From contig NC_083288.1 in NCBI RefSeq assembly GCF_963506605.1, positions 42,284,001 through 42,348,000 on the forward strand: DNA of 64,000 bases, read 5' to 3'. Within the stretch, counting starts at the first letter, position 1. Each line of letters starts with the position of its first letter. The notes beneath the pieces were generated by a model, which saw only the letters and a program-made list of their open reading frames with translations, was not told the origin of the DNA and did not search any database. This stretch comes from Zootoca vivipara (Eukaryota). Made by a program: the position numbers and the translations under genes. This document shows positions 1 to 13,696 of this stretch, piece after piece.

Positions 1-203
1 AAACAACAATTTATTGGAGTTTGCACATTGAGTCACTGGGAAATGTCAAAAAGGAGTCCAAATGTAATTGAAATAAGCTGTTTAGTGAATTTCTGAAATG
101 AATGTTGTTCTATTGCAAATCCCTTTTAAGAAAGAGCTTAATCCCCCTTTTAGCTATTCTTTGAGTCCACTTATTTTATATATCTCTTTCATACGTGTAT
201 TAG

Positions 204-465
204 ACAGCGCCTAACTCTGTATGCACTGAGAGCTGCCACCCTGGTTTTTGCAGGAAGGTGAAGGAGGGGGAAGCATTTTGCTGCTACGATTGCATCCCAT
301 GTCCAGAGGGGAAGATTTCAGACCAGGAGGGTAAGAAATTTAGTGTATATATTTATAGCTTGTTTCCTCTGATCAAGAACATGCATATGAAATCTTGCAT
401 TCACCAAGATTTCTTTTGACAGTTCATGAAATATTGAGAAATCCTGCTGAAGAGGGACATAATGA

Positions 466-522
<57 letters not shown>

Positions 523-1697
523 TGTAAATGGTTCCAGTTGCATTCAAAGTGAATATGTTAACTGACAACTTGAAGAAGTGAATCCTAAACGGATTTTGAC
601 GATATTGAATAAATTGTTATGAGTTTGGAGGAACATTCTGGATAAATCCCTGGTTAACACTGCAATTCTGGGAATCCAGCCAGATGATTGTTCGGAAGTC
701 CTTGTATGCTTTTTTATTCATTTTAATTATGTATTTGCAAGCAGTGGCATGTCGCTCATATTTTTGGGATTAAGAACCATGTCTTTCTTTCTCAGACATG
801 AATGACTGCTATGAATGTGAAGATGAAAAGTATCCAAACAAACATAAGAATATATGTATTGCCAAGCATACAACTTTCTTGTCCTTTGAAGAACCTCTGG
901 GCCTCAGCTTAGCCTGTTCGGCTCTTTCCTTTGCTCTCATTACAGCACTGGTGCTGGAAATATTTGTGAAGCACAGGGACACTCCTGTTGTGAAAGCCAA
1001 CAACCGGGACCTCACCTACGCTCTGCTCATCTCCCTCTTGCTTTGCTTCCTTTCTGCGTTACTCTTCATTGGACATCCTGACAACGTGACGTGTCTCCTC
1101 CGACAAACTGTTTTTGGCATCATCTTCTCAGTGGCTGTTTCTTGTGTTCTGGCAAAAACCATCACTGTGGTTCTGGCTTTCATGGCCACAAAACCAGGAT
1201 CCAGGATGAGGAGGTGGGTAGGGAAAGGACTGGCAAACTCTATTGTCCTCTCCTGCTCCCTTATCCAAGTAGTCATCTGCACTCTATGGCTGGTGATCTC
1301 TCCTCCATTCCCTAATGCTGACATGAAGTCAGTGGCTGAAGAAATTGTACTGGAGTGCAATGAGGGGATGGTGACCTTCTTTTACTGTGTCTTGGGCTAC
1401 ATGGGCTTCCTAGCTTTGGTCAGTTTCACTGTGGCTTTCCTTGCCCGAAAATTACCTGACAGTTTCAACGAAGCCAAGTTCATCACTTTCAGCATGTTGG
1501 TCTTTTGCAGTGTTTGGTTATCCTTTGTTCCTGCCTACATGAGCTCAAAGGGGAAATACATGGTGGCTGTGGAGATCTTCTCTATCTTAGCCTCCAGTGC
1601 TGGGTTGTTGGGTTGCATCTTTTCCCCAAAATGTTACATTATTTTGCTGAGGCCTGAGCTGAACAGTAGGGAAAACCTAATAAGAAGAAAATGCTGA
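204..1697 (+). CDS. Vomeronasal type-2 receptor (V2R, class C GPCR), gene A, 5'-partial (last two exons only)
   Basis: Exon 5 is 204..330 (127 bp, tag|ACA...GAGG|gtaag) and encodes [42 protein letters not shown], part of the cysteine-rich domain. Exon 6 is 796..1697 (ctcag|AC ATG), a 7TM domain with the [29 protein letters not shown] and PKCYIIL motifs. Upstream exons lie outside the window. Confidence 0.95.
466..518. repeat. (TG)n(AG)n microsatellite in V2R intron 5
   Basis: Paralogous length variants at about 10056-10085, 20594-20648 and 38117-38131. Confidence 0.95.
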
Positions 1698-3578
1698 AGA
1701 AATCAAAGTTTTGTTTCATTGGCTATAATATTTAGTTCAGGGATTTGTATGTATCTCTGGAGAGAAGCACCCAGAAACCTCAACCATATTCAGCTATTCC
1801 AGATCCACTGTATCTTTTCCTCTGCTCACTGGGAAGTTTGCATTTGTTATTTTTATATGTCGGCACTGTACTATTCTGCCCTCAGTAGCAGAGATGAAAA
1901 ATTTTACCCTCTCTAATCCAATCTTATTTTTCTGCTTGAGCTGTGTTAATATACATCCTGCCCCACTCTAATGGGGTTTTTAAAGATAAGTCTGTGGAAA
2001 TCCTATAAAAACTGAACATAAAAACAGTCACAAAATATAAGCACTGAGTACTGAAAGGTTTATGAAGGACATGTTCTGTCCCCCCTCCCCCCTTGCTTTC
2101 TTCAATTCATTAAATCTGACAGATAATCTGGATAAAAATGTTTTGCCATCACATCCATACCAAGGAAGACTCAGGACACTACTTTAAGTTGGGGGAAAGG
2201 CTATATTCATTAAATATAACATTAAGGAAAGCTTATTATAATGATTTGCCCTTAGCAGCCGAGATAAACAATTACCACGACCACAGGACCACATCAAAGA
2301 AAGTGAAAGAGCTAAATAAATTCCCAGCTAATTTAAAGGGAAATAAATATGTCAAACACTCAATACGTAGTTATTTCAGATTCCAATCATTTTGGGTTGG
2401 GCTGGATTCCTGTGGTTTTTTGTCCAATGATGACCTCTGCTTATTGACAATCTGCTCAAAAAGCAAATAATAATAAAAAGAGAAGAAACAAAAGATAAAG
2501 CTGGAGAGTTTCATGAGGAAGGATGGGAGAATGGGAAGCTTTTGGGGGTTGATTCCCACCCCCCTCAATGCCAGATGGCTTCATTCTTGCTCTTGATTGT
2601 TTTCATCTTCAGGTTGCTTGCCTCTCTGTAGTCAGAGCCTGGATAAATGCTTCTGTGTTGTTGCATTTTCAAACTGTTTTTAGCAGTGAAATTATAAATG
2701 TGTACAGGTCAGATGGAGTACCAGCAATTCTCCGGTTGTGTAGAGTATGTGTTCTGCATCATTACATGAATCAGTAGTCTCACATAAGCCTGTTCCACCT
2801 CTGTTCCACAACCTTTCAGGCCCAAAAATGATGCATGTGTCAGCTGTCAGAAGTCCATCAGGCACAGGCAAAATTCTCGCCGCCTGTACACTTAATTGCA
2901 ACCAGGAATGACTTGGGCAGGGAGGGTCTCATAAAGGCCTCATGGGTTGATTGCTGATGTGCTAGGTTTGGTAGTAAGTTGGAAGTGTACCAAATAAGAG
3001 ACCAACACCAACTTATCACATTGACAGAAGAGGCTGGCTTTCTTTCAGCCAGAACTCAGTTCTATCACCTCTTGGGTGGAGGCATTCATGCAGAGTTTCA
3101 CGACCTCTTTTTCTTGAAAAATAGCACTGAAAAGGGGCACTGGGCTGTGTCCTTGGTGGCACATCATTTTATTGACAACTGAACTGAACAATAGGGATTG
3201 GATCTGAGCACTAGGTTATCAATGAGAAAGCGAGACAGATCTTTTGAGCCAATAGGAATGAGAAACCTCAAATGAGTTGGGGATAGGGAAACAGGCGTCC
3301 AGCACATCCTTCACTGTAGATGAAGAAGGTCAGGAGACCCATTTGAACTCCACATTAACACCTTCGTGCATGGTAGGAGGATCCCCCTTGGAGAATTTTG
3401 GGGTCATATTATACTACATGTAATCAAATAAAATACCTATATGAGGATTTGCTACTTTCAAATATGCCTTATTCTAATGGTATACAATCATTCATTGTAC
3501 ATAAACAGCTCATAGTCTGCCATTTCATGTTCTTGTTGTTCTATATTTTACCATTCAATATTACATCATTTTATATAC

Positions 3579-4212
3579 TGTTATGAATTTGGGCTGGGAC
3601 AGGCTGCATGTTAGATTCTTTTAACCCCTGGATTCAGCAAGCGTTAAAATATAAGCTAGGCTACCTTCCTGTGTTGAGGTGATTGCCTGGGTGATGGGCC
3701 ATTAGGAGAACAAGGGAAAGGGGGCTCTATGTGACACACAAAATGGTTGGGGCTACTCCCTCAATTGGTTGGAAGGACAAAACCTGGGTTCAGAGTTCAA
3801 AGTTTGCACTGATGTGACCTGGAAATAAAGCAGCAAGCTGGAGAAAGAGTCAGAGAGCAATGTTTGAATGTCTGTTTGAATCCAAGGCTACAGCTAAGAG
3901 GAAAGAAACTAAAGACATTAGGGGTGTTAATGCTGTGGAAACCCCCCCGGATTGAATACTTTCAGTTTAAGTACTCCGCGGACCCGTCTGGAACGAATTA
4001 ATCCACTTTCCATTGCTTTCAATTGGAAAGTTCGCTTCAGGTTAAGCACGATTCAGGTTAAGTACAAACTTCCGGAACCAATTGTGTACTTAAACCACTG
4101 TATAATGTGTAAATAAACCACATATCCCAAAAATGCCAAAAACTCTGCTCTGCCTCATTCCAAAAGGAAACGCAAAGCCTGGCTGAGCACCCGAAGACCC
4201 GGGAATCTAACA
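3579..4212 (+). mobile_element. Possible old solo LTR in the V2R intergenic unit
   Basis: TGTTATG...CTAACA ends with an internal AATAAA (about 4112). Partial copies at about 13470-13696 and 15670-16510 (minus). No clean TSD. Confidence 0.35.
3948..4100. mobile_element. Truncated Tc1/mariner (pogo/Tigger-like) MITE
   Basis: Homologous to the MITEs at 17924 and 42324. Ends CCACTG|TA; the other end is missing. Confidence 0.7.
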
Positions 4213-5229
4213 CCACTTAGAGATTGAGGGGGTGGGCAATAATCAGTATGTCTGCACTTAAATTATATTCCTATTTGTAAAGCACAAAGAAAGGGAAAGG
4301 GGAGAATAATAATGTATTTGTGTCACAACTGTTTACATTTTGGCAAGGAAAAAGTGACAAAAGGAGATGAGGAAAGGGAGATGCAAGAATAACAAGAGGT
4401 AAAGTTGAGCAATGCCAATGAATTAAAAATTTGTTCTGTAGTGGAGAAGACATTATTCACACTTCATTTTTGTTTCTCCAGCATTAAAGCTGGTGCTTTT
4501 CTCCCATCTATTGGCAAGACAAGTTGACCAACTAATGTGATTGCTCTTCTTTCTGTGAACTTTGAATCAATGTAAGTAGCTTAAGACCCCCCCCTCCCAT
4601 TGCATAGGATTCTTCTTTCCAGATCAGAATTTCAAGAGGCCAGTGTTATGATCAAACATGCTCATTTCCTCACTCTTTTGAGACCCTAGGGTTGCAATTC
4701 CTGTATTTCTTCTTCTTCTTCTTCAAAATCTTATGCAGCTAAGAGGAAATAAAAACTCCTGCTAAGAAAGACACACAAGTGACTATCTTCCCTTTAATTA
4801 TCAAAAGAACTATAATCAATGTTCCCACTGGTCAAACCACCTCATGGACTTGCACAGTACACTATCGAAGCTAATGAGAAAGTCTGTGAAAGGTACTATA
4901 ACTGAGGCTTTCAAAGTCTGGTGGCCTTGGACTGTTTTGGTTCCTAACCCCAACACCTGCAGCTTGCTTTGAATGCTGTGAATTATGGTTCAAAACATCT
5001 GATGGATACAAAGTGGAGGAGCCTGATAAAAATATATTACCTCCAGCAATCACAGCTAGACTTAGCAATCAGAAACCAGAAAGGATCCATCAGTGTCATC
5101 ATTATTTTCCCCCCAGTTTTCACAGTCTGGGTTTCAGAAATATGAGCAGACTAAAAGGCCAACTAGGTCAGACTACTTCAGTCTCAAAAGCTGTAATAGA
5201 ACTAGGCGCATCTTAGTGCATAGGGGGAA

Positions 5230-8200
5230 ATGGTACCAAGGATGCTGCCATTATTGGTCTTGCTGCTGATTCTACTTCCTAATGCAATATGCAAACCTTC
5301 CATTGTTAAATGCCACATCCATGATCCACACACTCCACTTCATCAGTATCATCAGGAAGGAGACCTCATCCTTGGTGGCTTAGCCTCTCACAGCGTCATC
5401 ATCTCCATTTCAATAGCCTTCACTGAAAACCCCCCACCAACATTGCTGGAAGAGCTACAGTAAGAACTGGATAATTTCACTTATGCATTTTGATTCCTAC
5501 TTTGACACTGGAGTAATCAGTTTTAGAGGAGGGGTGGATAAACTGTGGCCATGCAGTGGTTGTTTGACTCCATCAGTTGCACTCATAATAATGGACTATA
5601 TTGGACAGCAACATCTGGAAGGCCAGAGTTCTGCACCCTTGTCCAAGAGGCAGAATTACTGTTTGGGTCGAAAGAGATGTGATGTGGGAGAAATGTGGTC
5701 AGGAGGATCTCCACTAGTTTGAAGAAAATGTTTCCACTTTCCACACTGAGTTAAACATTCAGGTATAATATGAAGACATGTTATATTGCTGTGGAAAAAA
5801 CTGCATCACTTTTGCTTCAGGGCCCCAAGAGAATTAAATAAGGACAAGACTTCTACACAGATTAAGAAGGCAGCATTAAACATGTACATCAGGGACAATT
5901 GAATATCTGTGTTCCCTCCCAATTGAATTTTCCCTACATCCCTTTTATACCATTGTAGACGAAGAGGTGGATCAATTTAAGTGATAGTTGTTCAATTGTT
6001 ACCTCCCCAGTAAAAAACCATTAAAGAATTTCAGGAATGAATAAAACTAATGAGGATGATGTAGAACTGTGTTGTGATAAATTTACAAAGTGTTATATTG
6101 CCTTGTGATAGAATATGAAACTTTCTTTTTAGAGTGGTGCCTAAGAATTATCAGCACATCCTGGCCTTGCAATTTGCAGTGAAGGAGATCAACAAAAACC
6201 CTCAGCTCTTACCCAATGTCACTTTAGGCTTCCGCATCTATGACAGTTATTTCAATGCCAAATGGACCTCTCATGCCACAATGTTGCTCATATCCACTCT
6301 GGAACCATTTGTCCCCAACTACATCTGTGACATGAAGAAAAACTTGATAGCCATCATTGGGGGACTGGACTCCCAAATTTCCCTTCAAGTGGCAACAATC
6401 GTGGATATCTATAAGGTTCCACAGGTGAGAGGGAGATATCTCTGATATGTCATGGGAGCTCGACACATCCAGATAGATTTGGATAAATAAATGTGCAGAT
6501 TTCATATAATCAGGTGGGCCATACTAATGACAGATCCAAGGTAAGAAACAGTCTTGATAGCACACAGGGCCGGCTCTAGGGGCGCCATGCGGTGGAGCCG
6601 TGTGGAAACTGTGCTGCTTGCTGCGCCGGCCCACCAGCCGCGGCAAAAAACTGAGCGGGGCGAAGGCGCCAGAGCGAACTCCGCCCCACGGCGCCAGGGC
6701 GCCCGCCGTGCTTGAGACGGCCCTGATAGCACATATGTTTTTTCTTCATATATCCATTTTGGTCTAGTCATTACCTGATTTATAAGAACAGCTGATTGGC
6801 AGGTGAGTGTCGTTGGCTTAACAAAAATAGCATGCACACCAAAAAATAAAGGAATGTTATCCCCAGTTGGAAATTGCCCCACTGATGCTTGTAATACACA
6901 AATATAATATCTAAAAGTTATTGTTGCTTCTGTCTCTTTCTCCTCCTATCACAACTATGTTTAGCTTATATATGGCCCTGCTCCAGTGATGAATGATAAA
7001 ACCCCAGGCCTTTTCTTCTACCAGATGATGCCCAAAGAAACCTGCCAGTATAAGGGGATCCTGTCTTTGCTTCTGCATTTCAGGTGGATATGGATTGGGA
7101 TCCTTACCTTCTATGATGAGAATGCAGAAAGATTTGTGCAAACTGTGGTTCCCCTATTTTCCCAGAGTGGCATCTGTTTTGCCTTCATAGAAAGAAGTCA
7201 CAAACCTACTTATGTCACTGAAATTAACAATATGTTTAAACTGGGGGCAAAAATACATGACAAAATAAATTTTAGCAAAGCCAATGTAGTCTTGTTTTAT
7301 GGAGAATCATACACTCTGGCATTTTTTCGATGGTTGCCTTACCTATCAGAACTGGAACAAAGTTCAAATACCCCAAAAGGCAAAGTGTGGATTATGGCAG
7401 CCCAGGTGGAGCTCACTTCTTTTGTCTTTCAACGGACTTGGGATACAGAAATCCTCCATGGGGTTCTCTCATTCACAACTCACTCGAATGATCCACCAGG
7501 ATTTCGACAATTTGTCCAGAGCAAAAACCCTTCCAGCCCAAAAGGAGATGGCTTTATTTTGGACTTCTGGCAACAGGCATTTGGCTGTGTGTTTCCAAAT
7601 CGAGTTGTTGGCAGTGTGACAGGAGATATTTGCACTGGGCAAGAGAATCTGGAAAATATTCCTAGTCCTTTCTTTGAAATGACTATGACAAGCCACAGCT
7701 ACAACATCTACAATGCTGTCTATGCTGTGGCCCATGCTTTACATGCCATGTCTATTTCCCAAGTCAAAGACAGACCAGTAATTCTCAGTGGAGGAATGAA
7801 GTTTCAGAATCAACATCTGTGGCAGGTAATGGGCTGAACACTGTTCCTGAAATAGCTTCAAAAGCCTTTGGTTTTATACCCTTGTTAATTGTCACTTTTT
7901 CTATGCAACCACAGCAGGGGTCAGCAATGTGGATGCAGAAATGCTCTTGAACTCTTTCATAGGAGCCACCAAAGCCACCTCTTCAATTCACTGCCCTTTG
8001 GTGATGAGATAGTCGCTTTATCTCTATTCAAATGCACATAGTGACAAATGGGAACATCTCCACATGCTTTTCTCGGTTCAAATTCAGCCTACTGGACTTC
8101 CCTTCCTATTGACATCAGACAGAAACCTTCACTGTATTCATTTACCCACCTGCTTAAAACCTATTTGTTTAGGAAAGCCTACCCAGTCACATGGGTGTTG

Positions 8201-10271
8201 ACGTATTTTAATCTCCTTTCATTTCTTGCAAATTTTAATTACTTTAAAAGTTTCCTTCAACTATTCATACCCTCTTAGATGAGCATGGGGCTGATTTCCC
8301 ATTTACCTCTGAAATTGGAGTATCAAAGGAATAATATATCATATTTTGTAGCATAGCATATAAAGTCTATAGAGAGCAAAGTGATATATTTTAGACAACA
8401 AAATGAACAGAGCATCCACTTTCTGTTAATAAAGTTTTTCAAGACTGTGTGTTGATTTCCTGTGGGAGATCTTAAGAATCTGTAATTTGAAATGAACTTC
8501 CAAATGTCAGAAAGTCTTGGCTTAAATCTCATATATATAAAAATAGAGGAAAAGAAAGCTGCTTTCCTACAATGTGGATATTTGGAAACCTGCCATGAAA
8601 GTAAACGTCATGATTGTCCCTTGCTGAATTAAAACCTTTTCTCTACTTTTTCTTTCTTTTTCAATCTAGCTCCATCATTTACTGAGGGGTATCTCATTTA
8701 ACAACAGCGCTGGGGATAAGATTTCCTTGGACCAGAATGGGGAGATACTAGCTGGATTTGATATTAACAATTGGATCGTTTCCTCCAACCAATCCTTTCA
8801 GAGAGTGAAGGTAGGAGGGGTGGATTCCCTGGCTCCTCCACAGCAAGCGTTGACCATCAATGAGGGAGCCATAAAATGGCACCATTGGTTTAACCAGGTA
8901 GGATGTAACCATCAGCTATTTGTCATTGTGAACATTTTAAAATAACATGCAAATATTATTTCATTGTACATTCTTCAGCCATATAAAATTGGATTAAAGG
9001 TAGCACAAGCTATGAATTATAAGCTAAATTCACAGTCTCTATACTGATTCCAGTTACAAGTGAATATGTTAACTGACAACTTGAAGAAGTGAATACTAAA
9101 CAGATTTTGATGATATTGAATATATTGTTATGAGTTTGGAGGATCAGTTTCGATGAAACCCTGGTTCACATTACAATTCTGGGGTTCTGCATCAGTGAGG
9201 AAAGAATAAATAAAGGGAAGTTTGCTGAACTAGTTCGTCAAGGTAATGGCTTTGACAGGCTAGTTAAGATCTACGGATTGCAGGTATAAATATTTCAGTT
9301 TAAAAAGGGCCCATATGTCAATTTTCAGCACTTTATAAACTGTGGTTCTTTTTACAAAATTGGTTTAAAGTTTTTTCACATTTGTACACTTCACAATGCA
9401 GATAATGCATGCCATGTTTCAATGTTTTAGAATAGCAGGTGTATAACTTTGTGGCTTAATTTGCAGTAGGCAAACCACCACAACCCTTTAATGTCACTTT
9501 AGCAGAAAGAGGTGTGCATACAGAGTCAGAACCCTTATTATAGAAGATACTAAAATTACTACTATGCACAACAGTAATGGCAAAAAACAACAATTTATCG
9601 GAGTTTGCACATTGAGTCACTGGGAAATGTCAGAAAATGAGTCCAAATGTAATTGAAACAAGCTATCAAGTGAATTTCTGAAATGAATGTTGTTGTTCTA
9701 TTGCAAATCCCTTTTAAGAAAGTGCTTAATCTCCCCTGTTAGCTTTTCTTTGAGTCCTCTTATTTTATATATCTCTTTCATACATGTATTAGACAGCGCC
9801 TAACTCTGTATGTACTGAGAGCTGCCACCCTGGTTTTTGCAGGAAGGTGAAGGAGGGGGAAGCATTTTGCTGCTACGATTGCATCCCATGTCCAGAAGGG
9901 AAGATTTCGGACCAGAAGGGTAAGAAATTTAGTGTATATATTTATAGCTTGTTTCCTCTAATCATGAACATGCATATGAAATCTTGCATTCACCAAGATT
10001 TCTTTTGACAGTTCATGAAATATTGAGAAATCTTGCTGAAGAGGGACATAATGAATGTGTGTGTGTGTGAGAGAGAGAGAGAGAATTAATTTGTAATTGG
10101 TTCCAGTTACACTCAAAGTAAATATGTTAACTGACAATTTGAAGATTTGAATCCTAAATGGATTTTGATGATATTGAGTATATTGTTATGAGTTTGGAGT
10201 ATCAGTCTGGATGAAACCCTGAATAACACTGCAATTCTGGGGACCCTGCCAGATGGGTGCGGTATAAATAA

Positions 10272-10305
<34 letters not shown>

Positions 10306-12241
10306 GTGATTGTGGATGTTGAATGCTGTTAATAAGGAAGAATCTTATCCACCACATTGAACGGAAAAACTATTAAGTAGATTTTCAGATGAGCCAGGAG
10401 GTTTTCTTACAGCTGGAAATATGCTGTGGTTGAGACCGGGATAGGGGGTGGAAGAGGTACTTAGGATATAATGGCATGAAGGCTATTCAGCTTGGTCACA
10501 ATAACTGAAAACCCAGCCTAATTTAAGATAATGAAAAGGGTGGTGTAACCCCAACACTTTTTTAAAAGCTTGTTTTCTCTCTGATCAGCTTTGGCTAGCT
10601 CAAGAAGCAGCAGACCTGCTCACAAATGCTGCACTTTATTCCGTATAAATGTCAGGATTGCATTACGCCATCATATTGGCAAAGTATTGGTCCCTAAATG
10701 TGAAATCATATTCTACAGCAGTCCTTGAAATCTGTTTTGACACTTTGGATACAGTTGGCTGAATCCTTGTCACTTGCACATATTTCTACACATAATTCAT
10801 TTGATTTGTTAAAAACTAAATCCTGCATTTTCTCGTAAAATGTGTTTAGGCTTACTTTTTTTTCTTCTTACAAACAATATTTGAATGTGCATTTAATTTC
10901 TCGTAACATATTTAAACATGTATTTTCATGCTCTTAAATTTCAAAGAATTGTGCCGTAATGTTTGGAGAAGTGTGAAAGACCTAAATCCAGAAAACAGTT
11001 GAAAGGTGTTGATTAAGTCCTCAAATGTCAAAATTTCCAAAGACTGAATTACACAAATACTCCTTAATTAGGGAGTTAGTAAATGTGAGCAACTAGAACA
11101 GTGACAGGTTAATTTGAGTTGGCTTCAGAGCCAGAGAACAGAAAGTATCTTTGTGGCCTTGCATTTTGCCTCAATCAGTATTCTACATCAGATAGGTGAG
11201 AAGGGCATAGTTCCATCATTTTCAATCTGCATTGTTTGGAAGTCCTTGTATGATTTTTAATTCATTTTAATTATGTATTTGCAAGCAGTGGCATGTTGCT
11301 CATATTTTGGGGATTAAGAACCATGTCTTTCTTTCTCAGACATGAATGACTGCTATGAATGTGAAGATGAAAAGTATCCAAACATACATAAGAATATATG
11401 TATTGCCAAGCATACAACTTTCTTGTCCTTTGAAGAACCTCTGGGCCTCAGCTTAGCTTGTTCGGCTCTTTCCTTAGCTTTCATTACAGCACTGGTGCTG
11501 GAAATATTTGTGAAGCACAGGGACACTCCCATTGTGAAAGCCAACATCCGGGACCTCACCTACGCTCTGCTCATCTCCCTCTTGCTTTGCTTCCTTTCTG
11601 CATTACTTTTCATTGGATATCCTGACAAGGTGACGTGTCTCCTCCAACAAACTGCTTTTGGCATCATCTTCTCAGTGGCCGTTTCATGTGTGCTGGCAAA
11701 AACCATCACTGTGGTTCTGGCTTTCATAGCCACAAAACCAGGATCCAGAATGAGGAAATGGGTGGGGAAGGGACTGGCAAACTCTATTGTCCTCTCCTGC
11801 TCCCTTATCCAAGCAGTCATCTGCACTCTATGGCTGGTGATCTCTCCTCCATTCCCTAATGCTGACATGAAGTCGGTGGCTGAAGAAATTGTACTGGAGT
11901 GCAATGAGGGGACGGTGACCTTCTTTTACTGTGTCTTGGGCTACATGGGATTCCTAGCTTTGGTCAGTTTCACTGTGGCTTTCCTTGCCCGGAAATTACC
12001 TGACAGTTTCAACGAAGCCAAGTTCATCACTTTCAGCATGTTGGTCTTTTGCAGTGTTTGGTTATCCTTTGTTCCTGCCTACATGAGCTCAAAGGGGAAA
12101 TACATGGTCTCTGTGGAGATCTTCTCTATCTTAGCCTCCAGTGCTGGGTTGTTGGGTTGCATCTTTGCCCCCAAGTGTTACATAATCATTCTGAGGCCAG
12201 AGCTGAACAATAGGGAACAGCTAATAAGAAGAAAATCCTGA
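5230..12241 (+). CDS. Vomeronasal type-2 receptor, gene B, intact 6-exon gene, 879 aa (Vmn2r26-like class)
   Basis: join(5230..5459,6133..6424,6965..7825,8670..8897,9793..9919,11340..12241) = 2640 nt. All introns are GT-AG with consistent phases. The product has a signal peptide, a Venus flytrap domain ([25 protein letters not shown]; [12 protein letters not shown]), a cysteine-rich domain and a 7TM domain. Confidence 0.95.
6565..6725. mobile_element. hAT MITE (GC-rich) in intron 2 of V2R-B
   Basis: TIRs CAGGGCCGGCTCTAG / CTTGAGACGGCCCTG and a perfect 8-bp TSD ATAGCACA (6557..6564, 6726..6733). Absent from C and D. Confidence 0.9.
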
Positions 12242-12942
12242 ACTAATCAAATGTCTGTGTCGTTGGCTATAATATCTAGTAAAGTCATTTCTATGTATCC
12301 GTGAAAAAAGCACCCAGAATCCTTTTCAGACTACCATCCCTCAGAATTTAACCCTCCTATGCTGTCAGTCGGAAAGTGGAAATGAGATGGTGTGTCTCCT
12401 TTCCCTGCCCGCTCCCAACTTAATTAGAATTTTTAAAACACCAATTAAATTTTAGCCCTACCCATGAATTGCTCTGAGGATGGATGCAAGGTAGGGCAGT
12501 AGTTTCCCTCAGCCAGCCCTATCCAGGGCCCCAGATTGCACCCCCAAATCAGGTAGGCTGTTCAGGTGCCCACTGTGCATATCTACTGCCTACAAATCTC
12601 CACTACTTGCCCTCTTTCAACACACTGAGCACCCCATATTCAGCAATTCCATATCTACTTCATCTTTTCCTCTGCTCACTGTGAACTCTGCACTTGTTGT
12701 TCTTAGGCCTCGGCACTGTGCAATTGTGTGATGCTCTTTCCCACAACTTGTCCGCACTAGAGATGAACAATTTTACCCCGTCTAATCCCATCTTTTTTTT
12801 TTTTACATGTGGCTATGTTAATGTACATCCTGCCCCGCTCCAGTGGAGATTTTTAGGATAAGTTGGTGGAAATCCCTTAAAAACTGCACATAAAAACAGT
12901 CACAGAATATAAACCCTCAGTACTATAAGTTTTTGTCATTGC

Positions 12943-12990
<48 letters not shown>

Positions 12991-13118
12991 TTATTATTTA
13001 TATCCCGCCCATCTGGCTGGGTTTCCCCAGCCACTCTGGGCAGCTTCCAACAGAAATATTAAAATACAATAATTTATTAAACATTAAAAGCTTCCCTAAA
13101 CAGGGCTGCCTTCAGATG
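12943..13118 (-). mobile_element. L2 LINE 3' end with (ATT)n tail
   Basis: Reverse complement of the 3' end of the L2 at about 46790-47060 (…GCCAGATGGGCGGG…ATAAATAATAAATTATT…). Confidence 0.85.
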
Positions 13119-13293
13119 ACAAACCTAGACAGCATCTTTAAAAGCAGAGACATCACCTTGCCGACAAAGGTCTTTATAGTTAAAGCTATGGTTTTCCCAG
13201 TAGTGATGTATGGATGTGAGAGCTGGACCATAAAGAAGGCTGGTCGCCAAAGAATTGATGCTTTTGAATTATGGTGCTGGAGGAGACTCTTGG
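13116..13293 (+). mobile_element. BovB (RTE) LINE internal fragment
   Basis: Encodes MTNLDSIFKSRDITLPTKVFIVKAMVFPVVMYGCESWTIKKA...IDAFELWCWRRLL, the BovB C-terminal ORF region. Confidence 0.9.
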
Positions 13294-13696
13294 GGTCACA
13301 TTATGAAACATCTAATGAAACAAAAATTTTCTACAAGGATCTGCTACCTTCAAATATTACTCTTTCTAATGGTATAAAATCATTGACCGTACATGAATAA
13401 CCTATATTCTGCTACTTCTTCTTGCTTCATGTGCAATATAGCTTTTAACATTATATTATTTTATATACTCTTATGAATTTGGGCTTCGATGGGGGGAAGT
13501 AGGCTGCATGTCAGATCCTTCTAACCCCAGGATCGAGCAAGTGTTAAAATATAAGCCAGCTACCTTCCTGTGTTGAGGTGATTGCCTGGGTGATGGGCAA
13601 AGGAAAGGGGGCTCTATGTGAGACAGGAAATGGTTGGGGCCCCTCCCTCAATTGGTTGGAAGGACAAAGCCTGGGTTTAGAGATGAAAGTTTGCAC

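Noticed and set aside
809-1360. Antisense ORFs (68 and 114 aa) repeated opposite every V2R exon 6
   Set aside because: These are shadows of hydrophobic 7TM codons copied by recent duplication, with no independent evidence of coding.
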